A stretch of 64,000 nucleotides of DNA from an uncultured virus (IMG/VR IMGVR_UViG_3300035520_001855) (taxonomy: Duplodnaviria; Heunggongvirae; Uroviricota; Caudoviricetes). Each line of letters begins with the position of its first letter. Position 1 is the first letter of the stretch. Below are positions 57,570 to 64,000 of this stretch, one piece after another. Below the pieces are notes generated by a model that worked only from the letters and a program-made list of their open reading frames with translations, made no database searches and had not been told where the DNA came from. The DNA lies in IMG/VR virus record IMGVR_UViG_3300035520_001855; one strand, 5' to 3'. Made by a program: the position numbers and the translations under genes.

Positions 57570-57845
57570 TTAATTAAACATTTCTTCGAAGGATAACTCC
57601 TCAATATCATCCTCTGTAATCTCTATTAACTGACCACCGCAATATGGACATGTATTATTCAAGGTTTCGGAATCATTCTCTTTATCGCTATTGTCTTTCT
57701 CACACTCGTCAAGACAGCCATCACAAATAATAGCTTCACAATCATTGCAAACATAAATAGATGTGCCCTCCTCAAGAAACTCTCCAATGCTTCCACCGCA
57801 TTCTTCACAATAAACATTATTCAATTCTTTTCTTACTAACTTCAT
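57570..57845 (-). CDS. Cys-rich Zn-finger protein
   Basis: Four CxxC pairs: CEEC, CNDC, CDGC, CPYC. Confidence 0.75.
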   Translation of the reverse strand: MKLVRKELNNVYCEECGGSIGEFLEEGTSIYVCNDCEAIICDGCLDECEKDNSDKENDSETLNNTCPYCGGQLIEITEDDIEELSFEEMFN

Positions 57846-58149
57846 TATTTTTCATTCCTTTCTGTATAAAACACATGATTTGAAATCTCGTATCGTTTTT
57901 ATTTAATATTAAATTATTTAAAAAATTAACACATTCATCTAATGTGAACATATCGGAGTTCGGTACTAACAGTAGTACCGAACTCTCCTTTGGTAGATTC
58001 TCTAAGAAATTCAAGAGCTTATCTTTCTCACCCAATTTCATTAATTTCCAATTGTTTGCATCTATTATAAATGCTGGTTCTTTGATAATCCCGTTTGTAT
58101 CAGAATCTATAATTTTTCCATCTCTGTGATAAAATTGCATTAGTATCAA
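57817..58149 (-). CDS. Hypothetical protein
   Basis: 110-aa ORF overlapping neighbours. Confidence 0.6.
   Translation of the reverse strand: MILMQFYHRDGKIIDSDTNGIIKEPAFIIDANNWKLMKLGEKDKLLNFLENLPKESSVLLLVPNSDMFTLDECVNFLNNLILNKNDTRFQIMCFIQKGMKNNEVSKKRIE
57956..57985. repeat. 13-bp perfect inverted repeat inside a CDS
   Basis: gagttcggtacta-acag-tagtaccgaactc. Confidence 0.8.
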
Positions 58150-58454
58150 CCAACTTTTCTTTTTGTGTTTAAACCTACAGCTGTGTACTCACTCATGCTT
58201 ATTGCTTTTAACTCTTTTTCCTCCTTTTCAGCATTTTTCAATGCTGCACGCTCTGTCAAATAATCATCTAAAATGCAAGCGTCTTTAAATGCAATGAGTG
58301 CTGATATCACTGTGCCTATGTTAAGTACAACCATAACCTTTAAATTTTGATCAAGTGATGTGAAACAATTACTAGCACCACACCAACCCATACCAGCTAT
58401 GAATAAAGCAGTGACACCAAACTTAACTATAAATCTTACTAAAACCTTTCTCAT
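58146..58454 (-). CDS. Small membrane protein
   Basis: Two hydrophobic segments; AGGAGGT RBS. Confidence 0.7.
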   Translation of the reverse strand: MRKVLVRFIVKFGVTALFIAGMGWCGASNCFTSLDQNLKVMVVLNIGTVISALIAFKDACILDDYLTERAALKNAEKEEKELKAISMSEYTAVGLNTKRKVG

Positions 58455-58633
58455 AATAATCTTACCTCCTGAATAAAAATAATTAATTGTACAATGGAGA
58501 TGTTTCTTTTCATCTTCACTACAATTGTATAAGTAAGATTATGTTAATTAATAAGATAATTTATGTTAAATATTTGGTATATACACTGCTTTTTTGGTTA
58601 TTAAATTGTGAATTTATTTTTGTTTTTGTGTTA

Positions 58634-59434
58634 TTATGTAAATAAATTTTTAAAGAAACCTGAACCATAACCCCAAATAACTCCACCAATTTCAGAGATT
58701 TTTAGAAGTATAATGTCAAATCCACCAGCTGCAAATCCAAGTCCATAGAGAACTAATGCAGCTATTGCTATCTTTCCTGCAAGTTTATAAATTTTATGTG
58801 GATGTGTTGCATAGTAGGTTATTGTTTTTCTAAGCTTTTTAATTGACCACCTAAAAAGTTTCTTTCCGGTTTTCCAAAGGAATGCACCAACTCTTGTAAG
58901 AACAAATAGTGCAGCCTGAATTATCCAAGCAGCTAATAGAATAAAAGGCTTAAGAATTGTTAAAGCATACACCAAGACCATAACAAAAGGAATGATTTTT
59001 TGTAGATTCTCACTATCACCTGAAGTAGTTTCTTCTTCGATGTCAATATCTTTCCCGTTAAAGTCAGCAAGTTTACGTGTTAAACCATACTTATTCAAAA
59101 GCTTATTTTGGAATCCCTTTATAACTCTAGAATCAATATAATTTGACTTAGAGATATTACATTTAGGACAAGATGGTCCTAAATTCCAAGATTTATTTGG
59201 GTTCCATAAAATACCTGCATACAACCTTGTTTTAGGTATTATATGGTCGACCTGCATTTCAGTATGTGGTACAAGTTTTCCACAGTACATACATCTATAC
59301 ATACGTACAGGTATTACTTGACCATTCACTATCTTTTTTTCGATTCTTGCAGGCTTATTATGCTTGTGAAATTCTGCTCTATAATCATCTGGCAGAATTT
59401 TATAATCCTTTCCTTCAACAACTTTAATTGCCAA
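58634..59434 (-). CDS. HNH endonuclease with C-terminal transmembrane segments
   Basis: CMYCG...VDHIIP...NLGPSCPKCNISK, then hydrophobic IIPFVMVLVYALTILKPFILLAAWII and IAIAALVLYGLGFAAGG. Confidence 0.85.
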   Translation of the reverse strand: MAIKVVEGKDYKILPDDYRAEFHKHNKPARIEKKIVNGQVIPVRMYRCMYCGKLVPHTEMQVDHIIPKTRLYAGILWNPNKSWNLGPSCPKCNISKSNYIDSRVIKGFQNKLLNKYGLTRKLADFNGKDIDIEEETTSGDSENLQKIIPFVMVLVYALTILKPFILLAAWIIQAALFVLTRVGAFLWKTGKKLFRWSIKKLRKTITYYATHPHKIYKLAGKIAIAALVLYGLGFAAGGFDIILLKISEIGGVIWGYGSGFFKNLFT

Positions 59435-59449
59435 CTAAATCCCTTCTTT

Positions 59450-60127
59450 CTATATGTGGAACATTTTAACTAATGACCAGTATTTATTTTTTATACCTTT
59501 TTCAATAGAAATGTCAGGGTACTTTTTTGTTGCGATATCATTTAAATCGTTGTCAGTTAAATGTATGTTGAATAATTCATATACAGCATCCTGAAATCCT
59601 CTTAAAAGATTTCCATTGATTCTTAATATACAAATTTCTTCCCCTAAAATCCTATTGGTTGCTCCTATATTTATTTCATAGTCTTGTGGATCAGCATTGA
59701 TAAGTTGATCCGATATGACTGTTATTTTCGTATTTACGTTCTTTAATAATGTTCTAAATAAAATCTGTGGCTGTTGCCACTGTGCTATCATATTGACAGA
59801 AATAAATCTTTTATCAATCACTTCAATTTTATGTCTTGAATTAAAATGAAAGTACTGTCCCCATTCCGAAAATTTTACAACTGTCTGCATCATATTTGTG
59901 CTGTCTGTTAAATAGATGACTGAATTTCTCAATGTGTTGTATGATGTTACAACTGAGTTACGTCTTCCGGCATCTAAAATCATAACATCTTTTTCTGTTA
60001 GTACCGCATCCTCTATACTGAAATCAATGATGTGTACTAACATATCGTCGAGTGTGATAAAGCAAACTGCTTCAATGTAATCCCCAAATTCTTTCTTGAA
60101 ATCACTTGACTTAATAATTGTTGGCAT
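59450..60127 (-). CDS. Hypothetical protein
   Basis: 225-aa ORF with GAGGTGA RBS. Confidence 0.7.
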   Translation of the reverse strand: MPTIIKSSDFKKEFGDYIEAVCFITLDDMLVHIIDFSIEDAVLTEKDVMILDAGRRNSVVTSYNTLRNSVIYLTDSTNMMQTVVKFSEWGQYFHFNSRHKIEVIDKRFISVNMIAQWQQPQILFRTLLKNVNTKITVISDQLINADPQDYEINIGATNRILGEEICILRINGNLLRGFQDAVYELFNIHLTDNDLNDIATKKYPDISIEKGIKNKYWSLVKMFHI

Positions 60128-60147
60128 TGTCTCACCTCTTCAAATAA

Positions 60148-60182
60148 TATAAAATAAGGGCTGCACTTTATTGGTGCAGCCC
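60148..60182 (-). terminator. Intrinsic terminator at the end of the T4SS operon
   Basis: gggctgcac/gtgcagccc stem (60158-60182) followed on the minus strand by TTATTTTAT. Confidence 0.75.
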
Positions 60183-60188
60183 AAACTG

Positions 60189-60659
60189 TTAATAACTCTC
60201 GTATACGTGTTTCTCGTACTTAGTTATTATGTTGTTTTCATCCATCTCAATATAAACTGAGAATGGATATGTTAATGGCTTGAATGTCTCCGAGCCTGTT
60301 ATCAGAATTTGATAACCTGTTGGTGTTGCATTACATATTACATGATCAACATTAAATACATAACCCTCAAGCTTTTCTGGAGGATCAAAACTTGGATACC
60401 TGTCACTAATTAAATTATTATAGATTTCATCTGTAACCATTAATTTTAGTTTATCTTTATCCATATGGTCTTGATCTTGATAAAGCATACATTCCTCTTT
60501 TAAAAAATTAACTGCTGTATCTCTTGCGACATTTTCCAGATTGTTTGTAGTCTGTATCGCTTCTAATGCCGATGGTTCACCTTTTAAGTGCTGAATTGCA
60601 GTAATTATGCAAACTGTTAAAATACAAGTTAAAATAGCTGTTAAGATTATTTTCTTCAT
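60189..60659 (-). CDS. Membrane-anchored/exported conjugation protein (possible VirB8/TcpC-like NTF2 fold)
   Basis: N-terminal MKK plus hydrophobic helix; ARDTAVNFL...LKLMVTDEIY pattern; follows the cell-wall hydrolase. Confidence 0.5.
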   Translation of the reverse strand: MKKIILTAILTCILTVCIITAIQHLKGEPSALEAIQTTNNLENVARDTAVNFLKEECMLYQDQDHMDKDKLKLMVTDEIYNNLISDRYPSFDPPEKLEGYVFNVDHVICNATPTGYQILITGSETFKPLTYPFSVYIEMDENNIITKYEKHVYESY

Positions 60660-60679
60660 TATTCACTCCTCAATCCATA

Positions 60680-62557
60680 TTAATTTTTTGGTAATGTATC
60701 ATATAATGCTTTTGGCATAGCCCAGCCATAATAGCCAGTTTGTCTCTTAAATCCAATACCATTTTCAGCTGCCGAATAATTGACTGTCTCTCCACCAGCC
60801 TCTACAATTTTACCATCACCAACGTAGAAAGATACATGATTTGGATCTCGATTATCTACAGTACCATTTCTATAGTATACAGGTGAACCTGATGATATTA
60901 ATCCTGCTCCAACTGGAACTTTTGACCAATCTATATCTAGTGTTGGTTTATCTGCAAATCGTACAATAACCATATCACCACAACTATTTGCTAAAAGTTC
61001 ATCGCAATAATTCTGACTGTTTAAATCCCATTTTCCAGACATCCTCCATAATCGTCTCACAAATGCATAACATGATATATTAGAGTTTTGACTCTCACCA
61101 TTAACAATCCACTTTTCGTTATTTTTATTACTAATTGCTACTTGAACTGCCTTCTGTTGCCATTCTGTTAGATTTGATGTATCGATATCAATGTTGATGT
61201 TGGATGATGAGGATTCTGGGTTAGAGCCTGTTTCGGTTGCACCGAGCTGCTTTGCCATATCTATTAAACCATCGTAAACATATTTACCACCATTATAGGC
61301 AACAAATACAAATTGAGTTGATTGCCAGATTCCATTTGCTACTGATGTGGCGTAATCTGCTGTGCCACCACCCTGAAAATTTGATGTTACTCTAGTTGTT
61401 GATGATGCTAGACTCCTTAATTTTGTGTTTAAATTCTCTCTACTTACTGCTAAATTTGACCATTGGTCCAATTTACCATATTGCTTATAAATGTCAACAT
61501 ACATAGACGGTATAAACGTTTTTACGGAGTCTGTGTATCCATTATAATACCCACAAGATGCAACATTTCTTAATATAGTTTTTTGATAATCATCCATACC
61601 ATTTGTATCTGCCCATTCCAACATATCTTTGGTCCAGTGCGAATCATTACCAAGCTTATCTGAGTATGTATTACTATACCTTCTAGCTGCAGAATATGCT
61701 GCATCAGAAAAACAAAACATAGATGGTCTTTGTAATCCATTAATTGTCTTTGTGCAATTATCAGATGTTTTTACACGATCATCATCAGATAAATTTGGAT
61801 CCTCTAAAGATGATATAAAAGCGTATCCCCTATACTCACCATCTGCTTCCCAAGCGCTTCTTTTATGTTGGAAAGGACCACCACAATCATATGCGTTGTA
61901 TGTTACTGGCCAGGTTGTTGTGAGCACACTGCCGGAGCAACCTATGTTGGCTGTAGTTTCTGAATACCATATACCTAAAAGTTCTTGTGGTGAAATTGTT
62001 ATTTCTGGTCTAGCGCAGATTTCCTGAACAATCATCAATATCTCTGCACGTTGTTGAACTGTACCATTTTGCCATGTTCCTGATGGTAATGATACTGTTG
62101 TACTTGAATTTATTTTTGATAAATCAATTGTGTATTGTGTTCCATCATATGATACAGCTCCACCACTTGATGTAGATGAACTACCACCACTTGAAGTTGT
62201 GTAACGTAATTCATCTGGGTTAATGTCGCCTTCCTCAATTAAAGTTGCAGTTGTACCTCCTAAAAAAGCCAACTCAATTGCATTTGCATATGTCGAAATA
62301 CCTAAAGCTACACCAATCCAGATAAAAAGAAAAATGGTCAAAAATAAACTAGCTAAAAATTTTGCTATTGCAGACTGCTTGGACCTAAAAGTAGCAACCA
62401 TCTCTATACAATAAAATATAGGATAAAATATCACTTTCAAAAAGATTGATCCAGCAAGTATTACATTACTTTTAAAACCTCTCTGTTTCAATTTTGATTC
62501 TGGTTTGGATTTAGACCTAGATTTATAATCTTTCGATCTTTTCGCCATGAGCATCAC
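60680..62557 (-). CDS. Bifunctional peptidoglycan hydrolase (lysozyme-like plus NlpC/P60), VirB1/CwlT-like
   Basis: N-terminal TM segments, LLGIWYSET...GGPFQ glycosidase-like motifs, C-terminal SCYAFV...HVSFYVGDGKIVEA; directly after VirB4. Confidence 0.8.
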   Translation of the reverse strand: MMLMAKRSKDYKSRSKSKPESKLKQRGFKSNVILAGSIFLKVIFYPIFYCIEMVATFRSKQSAIAKFLASLFLTIFLFIWIGVALGISTYANAIELAFLGGTTATLIEEGDINPDELRYTTSSGGSSSTSSGGAVSYDGTQYTIDLSKINSSTTVSLPSGTWQNGTVQQRAEILMIVQEICARPEITISPQELLGIWYSETTANIGCSGSVLTTTWPVTYNAYDCGGPFQHKRSAWEADGEYRGYAFISSLEDPNLSDDDRVKTSDNCTKTINGLQRPSMFCFSDAAYSAARRYSNTYSDKLGNDSHWTKDMLEWADTNGMDDYQKTILRNVASCGYYNGYTDSVKTFIPSMYVDIYKQYGKLDQWSNLAVSRENLNTKLRSLASSTTRVTSNFQGGGTADYATSVANGIWQSTQFVFVAYNGGKYVYDGLIDMAKQLGATETGSNPESSSSNINIDIDTSNLTEWQQKAVQVAISNKNNEKWIVNGESQNSNISCYAFVRRLWRMSGKWDLNSQNYCDELLANSCGDMVIVRFADKPTLDIDWSKVPVGAGLISSGSPVYYRNGTVDNRDPNHVSFYVGDGKIVEAGGETVNYSAAENGIGFKRQTGYYGWAMPKALYDTLPKN

Positions 62558-64000
62558 GCTCCATCAGCTTTAGCATCAGAACGTGTGCTAAATATAGGAC
62601 TTTCTAAATATGCCTTAGGAAGCTCACAATGGAATACAGATGTTGTTCTCTTATGTTTCATCAAGAAGCATCTGTTAAGATTGATGAGTGATTCAATAAG
62701 TGGGCGACACTTTGCCAAGTCTGGATTTTCAAACATGTACTCAAGAGCCCTAAGGTCTTTTGTCTTACCAATGATGAAATATTCTGAGTTATTGATAAGT
62801 GCTGATATATTCTGATTAAGCTTACCGGGGTCATTAATAATACCAATACAAGTACCATTACATTTACGTATACCTGTCCAAATGGTATTTGTCCAATCAG
62901 ATGCACCATCATGTGTCAGGTATCTTTGTAATTCCTCATAAAGCATTATAAAAGATTGATTTTTTGACCTTCGATAACGTGCTAACTCAGAGTCAAGTAA
63001 CATCTTGGTTAACTGTTTTACACGTGTATCAATTGATTCTGAACCAGTTACAGATGATGTTGAGTCTGCACCAAATCGTGTGATGATTATCTTTGCATCC
63101 TTCAACTCGTTAAACGAGATCGGCTGCTTAAACATGTACGAGTACACACCATTAAAGTAAAGTTTTAATGTGCTATATAATTCTGTAATGTCATCACCAT
63201 AAGTTGATATATACTTCTTTGATGCAACCCTGTTCTCAAGTTTTGGTAATAAATCTTTGATTGTCAGATTCTCAGAGTTCTTCCAAGTTGCTTGATTTGC
63301 TAAATCAACTCCTCGACCTTGTGCTGCTTCAACAATTATTTCTGAAAGTACATTCTTTTGCTCTGCGGATAATGGTCTACCCATCAAAACTGAAGCTAAT
63401 TGATAGACACCATTGATAGCATTTTGTACAATACCTTTGTCAAGTTCCGGGTCACCAGTTATGTTTGTTAAACGTAATGGTTCATAATACTTACCATCAT
63501 CACCTTTGAAGTCAAGATATACTGCACCATAGGTATCACCAAATGGTGTATATTCATTACCTTCGTAGTCAGTAATGTAAATATAATCTCCATTAGCTAA
63601 AAACTGCTCAAGGCAGGTTTTTATCAAACAAGACTTACCAGAACCAGTCTCACCAAGCACAAGTATGTTTGTTCCCGACTGGTCCTTTGGGTGATTATCG
63701 ATTTTTACTAACTGTCTATTTTTAATGTCATTACCAAGGACAATATTACCATCATCAAGTCTACCTTGTGTTAGCGGACTAAATGATGCTGTAATAGATG
63801 TAGTTAAGACACGATTGCCTACTAAAGTTCTAGCAAGCTTTGTTACTTCGTGTCTAAATGGTGAAATCAGCTGGATGAAATCATACAGGTATAACTTGAC
63901 TGGTGCTAAAGTTATACCTGTTCTTTCAAATACCTCACCAACAGATTCAAATAAAATATTTGAATACTTTAAATCCTCTTTAGGTATTCTGACACGAAAA
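62554..64000 (-). CDS. VirB4/TraE-like T4SS ATPase, partial (runs off window end)
   Basis: Frame is open from 63660 to the window end (…GNIVLGND…TNILVLGETGSGKS); ITDYEGNEY, YEELQRY, GIRK motifs. Confidence 0.85.
   Translation of the reverse strand, partial: FRVRIPKEDLKYSNILFESVGEVFERTGITLAPVKLYLYDFIQLISPFRHEVTKLARTLVGNRVLTTSITASFSPLTQGRLDDGNIVLGNDIKNRQLVKIDNHPKDQSGTNILVLGETGSGKSCLIKTCLEQFLANGDYIYITDYEGNEYTPFGDTYGAVYLDFKGDDGKYYEPLRLTNITGDPELDKGIVQNAINGVYQLASVLMGRPLSAEQKNVLSEIIVEAAQGRGVDLANQATWKNSENLTIKDLLPKLENRVASKKYISTYGDDITELYSTLKLYFNGVYSYMFKQPISFNELKDAKIIITRFGADSTSSVTGSESIDTRVKQLTKMLLDSELARYRRSKNQSFIMLYEELQRYLTHDGASDWTNTIWTGIRKCNGTCIGIINDPGKLNQNISALINNSEYFIIGKTKDLRALEYMFENPDLAKCRPLIESLINLNRCFLMKHKRTTSVFHCELPKAYLESPIFSTRSDAKADGA

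Noticed and set aside
62150..62200. Short repeat encoding TSSGG twice in the cell-wall hydrolase
   Set aside because: Ordinary Ser/Gly linker, not an independent repeat element.
60680..62557. Phage endolysin or tail lysin interpretation of the hydrolase
   Set aside because: N-terminal TM anchor and coupling to VirB4 fit a conjugative VirB1/CwlT-type protein better.
1692..62815. All plus-strand ORFs in the track (e.g. 4004-4489, 15315-15827, 43316-43795, 61629-62027)
   Set aside because: They are antisense shadows of long minus-strand genes, with no convincing RBS or motifs.
1..64000. Alternative genetic code (stop-codon reassignment) explaining the split genes
   Set aside because: The standard code gives dense, full-length ORFs, and the ligase halves are 16 kb apart, not separated by one stop.
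1..64000. CRISPR array, tRNA or rRNA genes, IS or integrase, virion structural genes
   Set aside because: Intergenic gaps are under 200 bp with no spaced direct repeats or cloverleaf, and no such protein motifs were recognised. Highly diverged virion proteins among the orphans cannot be excluded.

Overview
This is an AT-rich window (roughly 30% GC by eye), densely packed with genes. All credible genes lie on the minus strand, with Firmicutes-type RBSs (AGGAGG/GGTGA) and frequent overlapping stops and starts. It looks like part of a very large mobile element (conjugative megaplasmid or phage-plasmid-like replicon) rather than a host chromosome. Transcription genes: a single 2567-aa polypeptide containing a whole, highly diverged beta+beta' RNA polymerase, plus a GreA-like factor. 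Replication and repair genes: two intact family-A DNA polymerases plus one or two decayed PolA-like ORFs, DnaB-like helicase, DnaC-like loader, stand-alone primase Zn-finger, HolA-like protein, DnaQ-like exonuclease, an NAD-dependent ligase split into two genes about 16 kb apart, RuvC-like resolvase, SNF2 helicase, UvsE, NERD nuclease and an Hsp70. Transfer and secretion genes: the end of a Gram-positive T4SS (VirB4 and a CwlT-like hydrolase), an orphan PilT, and an EssC/EccC-like FtsK pair with a WXG100-like helical protein. I could not recognise any capsid, tail, terminase, integrase, transposase, tRNA, rRNA or CRISPR features. All assignments come from motifs recognised by eye, not from database searches.
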